64,000 nucleotides of DNA, from NCBI GenBank assembly GCA_051294375.1, contig CM119264.1, forward strand, positions 1,347,923-1,411,922, in the 5' to 3' direction. Position 1 is the stretch's first letter. Every line of letters begins with the position of its first letter. This DNA is from Paraspadella gotoi. Lineage: Eukaryota; Animalia; Chaetognatha. Positions 39,867-57,121 of the stretch are shown here, one piece after another. Under the pieces are notes generated by a model. It saw only the letters and a program-made list of their open reading frames with translations. It did no database searches and was not told the origin of the DNA. The position numbers were made by a program, and so were the translations under genes.

Positions 39867-41030
39867 TTTCATAAAGATATACTTTTTTCTATGTCCAAAA
39901 CTCTCACACGCGGGACCCAAGGGAAACAAATGAGGACAAAAGTCTCACTCGTTTGAAAACGTGATCCTTGACTCTAAATTCACGTGAATTTAAATGATGT
40001 GAAGATGGATCATCGGTTGTGAGAGAAATTGATCGTGAGAAGAGAAAAGCGCGATGTCGGTGAAAATCGGTGATTATCGTGATGTCACGTTCGTGTGATA
40101 AAGTGATTCTCGTCAAATATTGGAACGTATCGTAAGAAATCGTAATTCGTTTTTCTACTTCTTTTAATCGTATCTTGTTTTTTATTAGAGAATTTCAATC
40201 ATTATCAAATTTATTTTTTACGGACGCCAAAAATAAACAACCAAAAAAATAGATGACAATCATTTTACGACGTCATCATTTACCCAGGACCAATTCAACG
40301 ACACTCCATTATTTGTCTATCACTACAATATCACTACCCTATCACGTATCTATCACCAGTACATCACTTACCATCGCCCAATATCATGAATCATCAATCA
40401 TCATCCTCATCATCTATCATCATCAATTATCATTATCGATCATCATTATCATCGATCATCATCATCACTATCACTTATCCATCATCACATTATCATATAT
40501 CCATCAGAATAGGTGAGACCCTTCATGGCGAAGGATTCAATTTTTTACATCAAATTCTTTTTCTCCTTCATTTATCTTCTTAAAAAAATTCTTCAGAATT
40601 TCGTTTCGCGTCGAATTCGACTCATTCTTTTTTCTCTTCATCGCACAGTGTATTTCGCCTCCCGCGGTTACGACATTCCACAGTGTCTTTACTCTCGCTC
40701 CTCTATCATACTTTGTGTATCTCACACGGTTACTTAATCACAAAATATCTTTCCCTTTGATCTCTCACAAAGTTACTCTGCGTATCCGACAGTAATTCAC
40801 AACTCGCTATTTCATTGCACAGTGTCCTTCACCTCGCTACACAATGTCTTTCACCAAGCAACGTCTCCTTATCTCGTTTATTCACCCAAACATTTTATCT
40901 TCTTTTTTTTTATTTTGCTAATATCTTTAATTTTTGTTTTCTTTCATTCCTATTGATTTTAGTATTATTCACTTCATAACTTCCCTTTTTGTTATTGTTC
41001 CTGAATACCGACCTTTTTTATTTTTCTTTT

Positions 41031-41475
41031 TTTCCTTTCCTCCATTGCAATATCTCTTTCCTTTCCTCCATTGCAATATCTCTTTCCTTTCCTCCATTGC
41101 AATATCTTTTTCCTTTCCTGCATTGCAATATCTCTTTCCTTTCCTCCATTACAATATCTCTTTCCTTTTCTCCATTGTAATATCATTTTCTTTTCCTCCA
41201 TTTCAATGTCTCTTTCCTTTCCTCCATTTCAATGACTCTTTACTCTCCTCTATTTCAATGTCCCTTTCCTTTCCTCTATTGCAATATCTCTTTCCTTTCC
41301 TCCATTTCAATATATCTTTCCTTTCCTCCATTGCAATATCTCTTTCCTTTCTTCCATTTCAATATATCTTTCCTTTCCTCTATTACAATATCTTTTTCCT
41401 TTCCTCTATTGCAATATCTCTTTCCTTTCCTCCATTGCGATATCCCTTTCCTTTCCTCCATTGCAATATCTCTTT
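41031..41475. repeat. 26-bp minisatellite TTTCCTTTCCTCCATTGCAATATCTC, ~17 units (duplicate at 33280-33710)
   Basis: Clear 26-bp periodicity. Confidence 0.9.
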
Positions 41476-41978
41476 CTTTAACCCGAGAGTCTTTCTCTTT
41501 ATCTATTTATCCTCTCCTCTCTTTTCCTCCACCTCCTCCCTTCTTCCTCCTCCTCCTCCTCCTCCTCTCCCCCTTCCTCCCCTCTTCCTCCTCGTCTTCA
41601 TTAATCTTCGCCCAAACGCTGCGGGTGCCATCGATCTCAACGCCATCAGCAAAATGCCACTCGCCAGGTGGAAAGGTAAGGCGGGAGGTAACGGGTCGAA
41701 TGGCAAAAATATGGCGGGTGGCAAAAATGAGGAGTTATAAAAACAAGTAAAAAGTAATGAGTGACAAAATTAAGTCAGGTGGCAAAGGTTCATCGGGCGA
41801 GGAGGGAAAGTGGTAAAGTTTAGTTTTGCAGAAATAGTTTGATGGCAAAGAGATATTCTTGTCTTACATTAAGTTACAAATTAAATTATTACCAAATTTT
41901 GTTTTATTCTTTTTACGCAAAAAGTTCCGTCTATTTTAAGAAAGAATCTCAGCATCTTATTTTTCTTTTCTTTTTCAG

Positions 41979-42047
<69 letters not shown>

Positions 42048-42945
42048 TGTCCCTGTCTTTTCCGTCTTTCTTCTTTGTAATTCTTTATCAACTTTACTTT
42101 TCTTCCCTTTTTCTCGTTTCTCTTCCATCTTTCTCCCTTTTTCTTTTTTTTCGTTCCATTTTTCTTTTCTTTTTTCTCTTTCTTCCTAATTTTTATCTTT
42201 CTTTTTTGCGCAGTTCTTTTTCTATTTTAATTCTTTCATTTAAGCCTCCATTTTTCTCCCACTTTCATCCATTTTTACCCTTTTCCTTCCATTTTCCTCC
42301 CATTTTCCTCCATTTTCTACCCTTTTTCTTCCATTTTTCCTCAATTTTCTTCCCTTTTTCCTCCATTTTTTTCCATTTTCCCTCTGTTTCTGCTTCATTT
42401 AGATTTTTGGGTGGAAAAGATGAATCGAAATTCCGAAATCTTTAGAGAATAAAGATTAGAAAAGAAAAAGAAAGAGAAATTGAAGAATAAAAGAAAAGAA
42501 AAGAAAAGAAAAGAAAAGAAAAGAAAAGAAAAGAAAAGAAAAGAAAAGAAAAGAAAAGAAAAGAAAAGAAAAGAAAAGAGAAGAAGAAACAATTTTCTCC
42601 TTAATGTTTTTTCTTTCTTTTTGTTTCTTCTTTTTTTGTTTTTCCCATCGCATTCAGCTGTTGATTTTTTTTTAAACAAGTTTCTCTCTTATCCTGTTTA
42701 TTTACAATTCTTTTTTTAATTTTCTATAAATTACTCTTTTTTCTTTCTTTATTTTTTCTCACTTGATCTTATTCTTTCTTATCTTACCTTATCCTATCTT
42801 TTTTTTTCTCTCATCTTTTCTTTTATTTTCTCTTTGTTGTTTTCACAAATATTTTTTTTTCACTTTTATTTCAATCAATTATTTTTTCTCTTTCTCAAGA
42901 TCTTACCCTTTGATCACCAAAAGTTTCGTGGCCTTCCTAAAAACC

Positions 42946-43288
42946 GACCTTATTTTCCCAGAACGCCCCATTTTATCTTAAATTCTAAATAAAAAGTTTG
43001 GTTAGAGGTGAGGGTTTGCTATTTGGTTAGGGATTATGTTAGTAATTGAGTTTGTGATTAGGATTTGGGTTTAAGACTAGCGTTTAGAGTTTTAGGTTAG
43101 GGTTAGAAATTAGGAATAACGGTTTATGTTTAGGGTTCAGGATTAGTTTAAGATTAGGCATTAGGGTTAAAGAATAGGGTTAGGGATTAGTTTATTTGAG
43201 TTCAAAAATATATTAAGCTTAAACACTATGGTCAAAATTAAATTATGACAAAAACTAACAGAAAGGGGCACTCTTGGAAAAAAGAGCC
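42946..43288 (+). mobile_element. Telomere-like-repeat MITE, both ends present (duplicate at 35221-35559)
   Basis: GACCTTATTTTCCCAGAACGCCCCATTTT ... degenerate TTAGGG ... GGGGCACTCTTGGAAAAAAGAGCC. Confidence 0.75.
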
Positions 43289-43857
43289 TTTTTACCTTTT
43301 TACCTTCTCTCATTCAAATAAGGAGAAAAATAAGTTTTCAAATTATGTTTACATTTAGTAATTTTTTTTTTTCAGTAAAACGAGTTAATTTTCTTTTTCA
43401 CCTTTGATAAATCGACTGGAAAAAAAACTCTTTTCGAAATATAAACTTTTTTTAAGCTTCGTTAACCTTAAGTAGCAAAAAATAAATCATGCTCCGCAAT
43501 TTTTACTGAACAAATTTAGTTAGTAATTGTCTTAAAAGTAAGTAGAATGGATTGAACATTGAAATTAACAGTTAATTATACTTCATTCTCGAGGAAAGTT
43601 AAAATCGGGCATGAAATTCACATATTCTCTCATTTGTCTCCCTCTTTATCTCTTTATCTCTCTCTCTCTCTTTTCCTCTCTCTATATCCTCATACATCGA
43701 CCACCCCACCACCCCAGCACTCTAACCACCCCAGCTCCCTCATCACCTCAGCATCTTTTCCACCCCAGTATTTTCACCTCACCATCCCAACTCTTTTTTA
43801 GCTAATTAAGGCCGAAGATGCTTCCCAAGAAAACAACAGATGTTGTCGCGAAACAGG

Positions 43858-43977
<120 letters not shown>

Positions 43978-44194
43978 GGGTGATCTCTGGCCGGAACCAA
44001 TCATGTGGCAAGAAGAGAGATGGTGTGAGGGAAGAAGTGATAGAGCGATTGAGGGATTCAGTGATAGTGGGATGAGGTGATAGACGTTAAAAACTAACAT
44101 AATATATACATGTTACGGTAAAGTAGTTATAATAAACAGAATTAATTTTAAATTGATGTAGTACTGGAGTGCAGACTTGATGAAGCAGTAAGTA

Positions 44195-44522
44195 TAAAGC
44201 TTGCTTCCCCTTTGGCTGTAGTGATGACTTGATAAAGCGGAAATGATAAAGCTTGCTTCCCTTTTGGCTGGAGTGATGACTTGATGAAACGGGAAGGATA
44301 AAGCTTGCTTCCCCTTTGGCTTGAGTGAGGACTCGATAGAACAAAAAGCAAAAAGCTTTCTTCCCCTTTGGCTGAAGTGATGTCTCGAGGGAATGAAAAG
44401 AATAAAGCTTGCTTACCTTTTGGCTGGAGTGATGACTCGATAGAGCGGAAAGGATAAAGCTTGCTTCCCCTTTTGCTGGAGTGATGTCTCGATGGAATGG
44501 AAAGGATAAAGCTTGCTTCCCC
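44195..44522. repeat. 52-bp minisatellite (TAAAGCTTGCTTCCCCTTTGGCTGGAGTGATGACTTGATAAAGCGGAAAGGA), ~6 units (duplicate at 36443-36760)
   Basis: AAAGCTT anchors recur at ~52-bp spacing. Confidence 0.9.
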
Positions 44523-44590
44523 GCTCGGCTTCTCTCTTTTACTTTCCCTCTTTATCTCTTCAAAGGACTAATGAAGTTAAGGTTCGTTGC

Positions 44591-44678
<88 letters not shown>

Positions 44679-44800
44679 AGAATCTCCTCGTTCAGACGTT
44701 TTGCTCTAGAAAAATCGTTTTTTTAAATTCAAAATTTTTATTGCACAAGTAATTGTCTGTGACTCGGTCTCTTCATTCAGGAAATGGACTCTTAGCTTAG

Positions 44801-44911
<111 letters not shown>

Positions 44912-45172
44912 CATTTTCTCATTCTCTTCTATCGCGCAAATAAAAGAGAAAATATTACAGACGTCTATGTTTGAGAATCTCTGATATGTTTACTTTGGAA
45001 TTAATGAACAAGAATGTTGACTTACCTGAGGGATAATCCGAGGAGGAATCATAAAAGAAAAAAGAAAGAAAAGGAAAAAGGTAAGTGACGTCATTGGTGA
45101 CAGAAGACAAACTCGACAACAATAGAAAACTGAATGACGACGACGACAACAAGGAAGACGATGACAATTCAG

Positions 45173-45273
<101 letters not shown>

Positions 45274-46125
45274 GTTCTCCTTATCCATAAAAAAGGCAGT
45301 TATTTTATATTCGCGTCTCAACCTTTTGTCCTCGATCTCCGATAAACTCGCTCGGAGCACCCTCTCTTTTTTTAAACCCTCTTTTTTTTAAACCATCTCT
45401 TTTTTAAAACCCTCTTGTTTTTAAACCATCTCTTTTTTTAAACCCTCTTTTTTTTAAACCCTCTCTTTTTTTAACTATTTCTTTTTTCTGGCACCCTATT
45501 TTCTTCTTTTTTCTAGCAGCCACTTTTTTAACACTCTCCTTTTTTAACCCTCTCTTTTTTTAACACCCTCCTAATTTAACCTTCCTTTTTCTAAAACCTT
45601 TTTTCAACCATATTTTAGCACCATAATTTTTTAAACCCTCTTTCTTTCACCGACTTAAACCTTCTCTCTTTTTTTACCATCAACCATTATCATTCTTTTC
45701 TCCGGCAACTTCTCCATCTGATACATTGCCTTCATTGCATATCTCTTGCTTTACAGTTAACTTTTCTTTACCTTTCTATTCTCTCTTCTTCTTTTTCTAA
45801 ACTTTATCCACTTTTCTTTTTCTGCTTCTCTCTTAATTCCTTCTAGTCATTTTCTCCTTTCCTCTTCATCGGCCACTTTGCTCCCTTTTTGACCTTCCTC
45901 TTCTTCCCTCTCTCACTTCTCCTTCCTCCTCATCCTCCTCCTCCTCCTCCTCCTCCCCTCTCTCTGTCCCTCTTCTGTCTCGTCTCTGTCTCGTCCACGA
46001 ATCGCCGACCCTGAGTTTGTATGGATGTCATTTTCTCTTCTCTTCGTCAATAGTTTTTTGTGTGTGTTGAGACCGGAGAGAGAGAGAGAGAGAGAGAGAA
46101 GAGAGAGAGAAGAAGAGAGAGAAAC

Positions 46126-46161
<36 letters not shown>

Positions 46162-46520
46162 ATAAGAAAGAACCATAAAAGTTAAAATCGCTAAACACAA
46201 AGGAGAGGAAAGTAAATAATAACCTATGTAAAAGGATAAAATTATATAACCATACAACGATGAAAATTGAAATACAACCAAAGAATTTTCATTAAAATTA
46301 TCTAATTGAATTTGTAACAATCAATATAAATACATTATTCATTAAATAAAAAAAATATTGCCCCTCACAATGTGCAGGCGACCGAAGGGTTGAGTCCTCC
46401 ATCTCTCTTACATAACACTACACCGCAAGCTTGCAGGACCCTGCCAGCTAATAAAGACCCTCTCACAGTCTAATTTATTCACTCCCAGACCAACTGGTTA
46501 CAAAACGCTTTTCTGAAAAA

Positions 46521-47030
46521 AGGTCTTTCACGGTGAACTGACATGACGAGAGTCTTTCACAGGTCTTTCACGGTCAACTGAGATCACGACATTCTTTCAC
46601 AAGTCTTTGACGGTCAACTGAGATCACGACATATTTTCACAGGTCTTTCACGGTCAACTGAGACAACAAGAGTCTTTCACAGGTCTTTCACGGTCAACTG
46701 AGATCACGACATTCTTTCACAGGTCTTTCACGGTCAACTGAGATCACGACATATTCTCACAGGTCTTTCACGGTGAACTGAGATGACAAGAGTCTTTCAC
46801 AGGTCTTTCACGGTCAACTGAGATCACGACATTCTTTCACAGGTCTTTCACGGTCAACTGAGATCACGAGAGTCTTTCACAGGTCTTTCACGGTCAACTG
46901 AGATCACGAGAGTCTTTCACAGGTCTTTCACAGTCAACTGAGATCACGACATATTTTCACAGACAACAAGAGTCTTTCACAGGTCTTTCGCGGTCAACTG
47001 AGATGACGAGAGTCTTTCACAGGTCTTTCA
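46521..47030. repeat. 40-bp minisatellite with 120-bp higher-order structure
   Basis: Unit AGGTCTTTCACGGTCAACTGAGATCACGACATTCTTTCAC in exact 40-bp register, with one 20-bp half unit at 46961. Confidence 0.95.
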
Positions 47031-47261
47031 CCATGGCGGCGTTTCCCTTGAAACGGCGTGAGAGGGCGGCGGGTGAATGCATTCCGAGTCAATCCAATCC
47101 AAACGAGATGCGGAAAGTGAAAGCCGTTGGACGGAGGAGCTCTCTTTGAAGTCACGTGACCCGAAGAGATTTCACATCACGAGACTTTGTGAGAATTTCC
47201 ATCTAAATTTCCTTGAAGTTGATTTCGACCTCGAAAAGAAAAACTTGGTCGCCGGTGAGGC

Positions 47262-47550
47262 AACAACAGCATTGACGACAGCATTGAAAACAGCATTGAC
47301 AACAGCATTGACGACATCATTGACAACAGCATTGACGACAGCATTGACAACAGCCTTAATGACAGCATTGACGACATCATTGACAACAGCATTAATGACA
47401 GCATTAATGACAGCATTGACGACAAAATGACAACAGCATTGCCGACAGCATTGACGACATCATTGACAACAGCATTGACGACAGCATTGACATCAGCATT
47501 AATGACAGCATTGACGACAACATTGAAAACAGCAATGACGACAGCATCGG
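47262..47550. repeat. 12-bp minisatellite (ACAGCATTGACG)n, ~24 units
   Basis: Direct reading; ORF repeats TALT. Confidence 0.9.
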
Positions 47551-47955
47551 CAAAGGCATGAGTATTAACGTCTCCTTGGGGTCAAGTCATCTCCGTCGTC
47601 ATCGTTGTTGTTGTTGTTATTATTGTTGTCGTCGTCGTCGTTGTTGTTGTTTTTGTTGAATGGCTTTTTCTCGTCTATAACGTTTAATCTCTTCATTTTA
47701 TCCTTTTAATTCAGTTTCTTTCCACTTTCTACCCCATGTAATTTCATCACTCTCTCCTCTTCCTCCTCCTCATTCACTTTCTCCTCGTTCTCTTCCTCCA
47801 CCTCCTTTTCCTCCTTCCCCTTTTCCTCCTCTTCCGCCTCCGCCCCCTCATTCTCTTCCTCCTCCTCCTCCTCCCCTCCTGTGAATCGAATCACCGTCAT
47901 TAACTAAACACATTTACTTTTTCCGCTTCAAAGTTCCTCTGTTTGATAACGACAC

Positions 47956-47988
<33 letters not shown>

Positions 47989-48610
47989 AAACAACGACGA
48001 AAACAACGACGAAAACAACGACGAAAACAAAGACGATAAAATTACTTTGACGATCATGAAGCGAATAGATAAGACGAAAAAACTTTAGTTACAGAACCAC
48101 AGCGACAGTTTTCTTAGTTTTCCACAGAAAAAGCCAAGAAAATAAACATCATGGATGAAATGTACAACCAATCAACCGTTCAATTAGTCGATCGACCGAT
48201 CAATCAATCAATCAGTCAATTCAATAATCTTTTAAAGGGAATAGGGTTAGGGATCGGTTTATGAGTTAAAATATATATTTAGGTTAAATCACCAAATCAT
48301 AAAAATTAAATAAACAAAAAAGTAGGAAAAAAAATAAGTAGAATAAATCAAGAGTAAAATAAAATTAAAAGATATCAAGAAAAATTAAATAAAATAGAAT
48401 TCGTTTCCTTCGATGATAAATAAAAAAAAATTGAGTAACGAATTGAATGCGTATCAAGTTGATAACCAACCAGCTAAAAGGTTTGCATGTTTTTTTGTTG
48501 CTTTTTTTGCTTTTTTTTCCCTGTGAGAAAATTTGATATTCAACAAAAGCAATTTGATTAACGCCGATTGAAGGAAAGTGACCGGCCTGGAAAAATGGGG
48601 CTTTTTAATA

Positions 48611-48647
<37 letters not shown>

Positions 48648-48949
48648 NNNNNNNNNNNNNNNNNNNNNNNNNNNNNNNNNNNNNNNNNNNNNNNNNNNNN
48701 NNNNNNNNNNNNNNNNNNNNNNNNNNNNNNNNNNNNNNNNNNNNNNNNNNNNNNNNNNNNNNNNNNNNNNNNNNNNNNNNNNNNNNNNNNNNNNNNNNNN
48801 NNNNNNNNNNNNNNNNNNNNNNNNNNNNNNNNNNNNNNNNNNNNNNNNNNNNNNNNNNNNNNNNNNNNNNNNNNNNNNNNNNNNNNNNNNNNNNNNNNNN
48901 NNNNNNNNNNNNNNNNNNNNNNNNNNNNNNNNNNNNNNNNNNNNNNNNN

Positions 48950-48986
<37 letters not shown>

Positions 48987-49274
48987 ATTTAATTTTAACA
49001 AGGCAGAATTTACTCACGTTAAAGTCAACATTTTTTACAGGTACAGCCTATTATATTTTTTAATTCATGAAATTCCACGAAGTCGAGAGAAATATTTTAA
49101 ATATTTTTAACCTTTTTAATATTTTCGATTAAAAAAAATAATATGCGAGGCTTCTATTGATTGAAAAAAATGTAAGCGTAAAATTGAAATTTAGATTATT
49201 AATAAATTCATAATGATACGCATAATTAGTACAGTGACGATCCGGTTACTGATCAGATCGTCAGAAATTAGGAA

Positions 49275-49321
<47 letters not shown>

Positions 49322-49343
49322 AAGAAGTGAAGTATAACAACTA

Positions 49344-49696
49344 GAATAAAGGCAAAAAAAAATAAAATAAGTAGAAGAAGTAAAATGCGGATAAAGTAAA
49401 CATGGAGAACAAAAATATTGATGGAAAAAAATGTGATGATTAAATATAATTTACAAATTAGATATTTCATTTTTGAGCCGAATGAATAGAAAGCTAACTT
49501 TGGCCGATGTTTAAACGAATAGGAAATAAAATACCTTCCTTTCTCTCTCTTTCTTTTTTTTTCTTTTTTCTATTCTTTCTTCTTTTTCCTTTCTTTATTT
49601 TTTTTTCTTCTTTCTACTTTCCCTCTTTCACGCTTCTATCCAACTTTTCTGCCGTCCAAAAATATGAGAAGAATAAGTGTCAAATCATGAGAGAGA
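49344..49696 (+). repeat. ~350-bp diverged direct repeat, partner at 52214-52585
   Basis: Shared AAAGTAAACATG..GAACAAAAATATT..TACTTTCCCTCTTTCACGCTTCT..CATGAGAGAGA. Confidence 0.8.
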
Positions 49697-49919
49697 TGAA
49701 GAGAAAGAAAGAAAAAAGAAAGATGAAAGAAAGAAAGAAAGACAGAAAGCAAGCCTCCACCCCAACTTAAAAAACCCCCCGCGACTTTTCCAATTCCTTA
49801 CCCATCAGTAGATGCATCATCTTTTTCCTTCTAGAATAAAAAAAAAGAAAGAAAAAAATCCTGCGGCCAGAGTCTTCGTTAAAATCGTCGCAGAATAACG
49901 ATGATAAATGAGTCGGGAC

Positions 49920-53750
<3,831 letters not shown>

Positions 53751-54021
53751 AAAGAACCGAGGATTTTTATTTGGAAAGATAAAGTAAGAAGATATACAAG
53801 ATTGATTCTTATTTATTATTTTATTTACTTATTTTTAATTATCTATAAATATTTATGTATATGAGAGACTGTAAAAATTATTATTCTCGGTGAACTATTT
53901 TTTAAACTTATCTTCGGGAGGTTATTTTGGTAAAAGTCTACTAATTTTCTTTTCTACAAGTAACATGAATTCTGAAGAAAGGAGAGAAAATAAAAAAAGA
54001 ATGAAAAGTGTGAGAGGGTGG

Positions 54022-54061
<40 letters not shown>

Positions 54062-54343
54062 NNNNNNNNNNNNNNNNNNNNNNNNNNNNNNNNNNNNNNN
54101 NNNNNNNNNNNNNNNNNNNNNNNNNNNNNNNNNNNNNNNNNNNNNNNNNNNNNNNNNNNNNNNNNNNNNNNNNNNNNNNNNNNNNNNNNNNNNNNNNNNN
54201 NNNNNNNNNNNNNNNNNNNNNNNNNNNNNNNNNNNNNNNNNNNNNNNNNNNNNNNNNNNNNNNNNNNNNNNNNNNNNNNNNNNNNNNNNNNNNNNNNNNN
54301 NNNNNNNNNNNNNNNNNNNNNNNNNNNNNNNNNNNNNNNNNNN

Positions 54344-54376
<33 letters not shown>

Positions 54377-54727
54377 GGAGGGAAGGGTCAACAGCCCAAT
54401 AACGTAAATTGATTCAAGTTACATCGAAGACTTCGTTAAAAAGCTTTTTGGTTGCTTGGAAACGGGAATGTTTATTTCATATTAATAAAAACATAATAAA
54501 TCGTGATTATAAAAAGAGTATATGTATATAAAGATATATATTTGGTATAGTTATGTATTGTTAAGGAAAAATAGCATTTTTAAAAATCTAGAAAGAAAAA
54601 CCAAATAAACATTGTTAAACATTGTTAAAAACACAAAAAAAGGAAAGAAAATGTGTTTAAAATAAAATTAAAAAATCCATTAATAAAACTTTTTTCCGGA
54701 AGAAACGAAAATGAATGATCATTGAAA

Positions 54728-54914
54728 ATGTCATTGTCCTTGTCATTGTCATTGTCAATGTCATTGTCAATGACAATGTCATTGTCCTTGTCAATGTCAA
54801 TGTCAATGTCAATTTCATTGTCAATGTCATTTTCAATGTCATTGTCATTGTCAATGTCGTTGTCAATGTCATTGTCAATGTCAATGTCATTGTCATTGTC
54901 AATGTCATTGTCAT
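54728..54914. repeat. Hexamer repeat (TGTCAW)n
   Basis: TGTCAT/TGTCAA units. Confidence 0.9.
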
Positions 54915-55696
54915 TTTGTCAGTTTGTACTATTGCAAATGAATTTCATTCTATCATCATCAAATAATGTAGATTAAGCTTAACCAGAACATATAAAGCCC
55001 CTCACATTTTTAAATATATATTTTAGGGGTTAATCTATAATTTTAATAATGCGTCTTTTTATAACAAAATTTTGATGAAGAAATTGTCGATATCTGTAAT
55101 CATTTGATTATTTAACAGAAAATATAAAATATTTAAAATTCAGGCAGATCAAGAACCCAGAAACAAAATGAAAAGAAAATAATAATAAAAATAATAAATA
55201 AACTAAAAAACCCGACAAGAGAGAGAATTTTGCCGAAGTTTATTTTCTTCTAATAACATTTCCCAAACTCTTTTCCATACATTCAATTTCTTTTTGCTCC
55301 CTCTTTATGTCCAATCTTGATAAAATACCTTTTTCTGATATATACTTAAATAACATAACATTGAATAGATAATTTTTATATTGGTTGTACCAATTTCATA
55401 GAAAAACTAAAGCATATCATTATTCGGATAGAGAGAGTGTGGAACGTTAAAAAAGGAACGGGATCTATGTGTAAATACTGAAATTTAAAACTATGTATAT
55501 AATTAGTCCACTTTGTAATTTTTTGTTTTGTTAATTTATTTACATTTCTTTAAAATGTGTACATACATGTATATGTACGGCTCATTAACTGTTACATTGT
55601 TACTGTGTTAAACATTCACATTTTGAGCATAATAAATCAAATCAAAATCAAAAATCCCTCTCTCCCTCTCCCTCTCCTTTCTTTCTTTTTCTATTA

Positions 55697-55855
55697 TTCA
55701 TCTAATTTACTTTCCTCCCTCTCCTTTCTTTATTTTTCTATTCTTCATCTAATTTACTTTCCTCCCTCTCCTTTCTTTATTTTTCTATTCTTCATCTAAT
55801 TTACTTTCCTCCCTCTCCCTTCTTTCTTTTTTTATTCTTCATCTAATATACTTTC
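55697..55855. repeat. 47-bp tandem repeat, ~3.4 units
   Basis: TTCATCTAAT at 55697, 55744, 55791 and 55838. Confidence 0.9.
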
Positions 55856-56550
55856 AACCATTCTTGCTTTTTCTTGTCCTTCCTCTTCTTCTTTCTCCTT
55901 CATTTTCTATCTCTCATGCTTTTATTTCCCCTGTTATCTCTCCTCTTTCTCCCCATTTCTTTTCCTCCTCCTCTTCCTCTTCCTCCTCCTCTTCCTCCTC
56001 CTCAATTTCTTTGTTCGCGCATCCCAAAGGCATAACCGATTTAACCTTTCGAGCGAAACGATGTAACCATCGAGTTAAAAATCTTTCGTTACGATCGTCG
56101 TCAAAATCAGGTTCTGACTCGCAGCTCCCTAAAATGTCTTTGTCACACTTACTTTCTGACTCTGGGTCAGAATGGCCAATTGATTCCGATTTATCTCGAG
56201 GTCGATTCACAGACATAAGACTCACAGATGGCAAAACGGACGGAAATCAACGAAAAAACAGCCAAACCGATTTTGCTGTATTAATATTGGCATATAATAC
56301 CAATATGATAAATATTAGATGGTTAATACGATTCTTATTTTTGTGTTTTATTTTTAATAAAAATTTTTAAAATTAATTGGTTCACTATTTTTTATTTTTA
56401 TATTTTATAAAGTTTATAATGTTAGAAATAAATATAATTATACTTTCGTTATACATTCTTTAGCTTCGATATCCAAAGCAAATGTATGTATTAAAATTAG
56501 TACAACCGGAATGGAAATTATCCTTTAAATAAAAAAGCTATCTTGTTTAC

Positions 56551-57121
56551 TAAGAGGTAGTAAAATTCCTAAGTTTAACTTTAATAAAAATTCTAAAAGT
56601 GAGGAACGAACAACATTATACTTATGAACATTCATGTATAAAAAAAATTTATAATAAATTTTACAATTTACGCAGGAGGCCATATTTATACTAATACTAA
56701 ACCAATAAATGTTAAAATTTCAAAACAGTTTTTTCTAAGATTTTTTTTCAGATTTGGATTCGTCATAAAAAGTTGATAAATTTTGATAAATTTTGAAAAA
56801 TTTCTTCATTAAGTGGGTTAAAAATTAGAAAAATCTATATTTTAAGCTGAAAATTAACTTTTTATATATTAAATATAGTTTTTTAATTTTTAACCCACTT
56901 AATGAAAGAATTTTTTAAAAATGAATTATATTTTCTTTTATCAACTTTTGACGAGAAATTCAAATCTGCAATCAAAATTAAGAAAAGCCTATTTTGAAAT
57001 TTTTCGATTTTATAAATATATAAACATAAAATTAATTTTTTTTACAAATTAATGTTCACTGATGGTATGTTGTTTATAATTGACTTTTAAAATTTTCGTA
57101 TGTAACTTTCACTACGCCTTA
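56551..57121. mobile_element. Foldback MITE with 8-bp TSD (hAT-like)
   Basis: Termini TAAGAGGTAGTAAAA / TTTCACTACGCCTTA, flanked by TTGTTTAC (56543-56550, 57122-57129). Internal inverted arms include TTCATTAAGTGGGTTAAAAATTA / TAATTTTTAACCCACTTAATGAA. Confidence 0.75.

Noticed and set aside
44195-44522. Hammerhead ribozyme-like TGATGA...GAAA in the 52-bp repeat
   Set aside because: The core reads GUGAUGA rather than CUGAUGA, stem II is not closed directly by GAAA, and there is no convincing stem I.
46521-47030. CRISPR-like repeat with variable segments
   Set aside because: The variable parts are ~12 nt, related to each other and recurrent; there are no unique spacers or cas genes, and the context is eukaryotic.
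47077-47430. 117-aa ORF with TALT repeats (mucin or antifreeze-like)
   Set aside because: The repeat is a 12-bp minisatellite that continues past the stop with a frame slip; no signal peptide.
55914-56370. Overlapping 106-aa and 168-aa ORFs
   Set aside because: Their length is inflated by low-complexity flanks, with no recognisable domain or clean acceptor.
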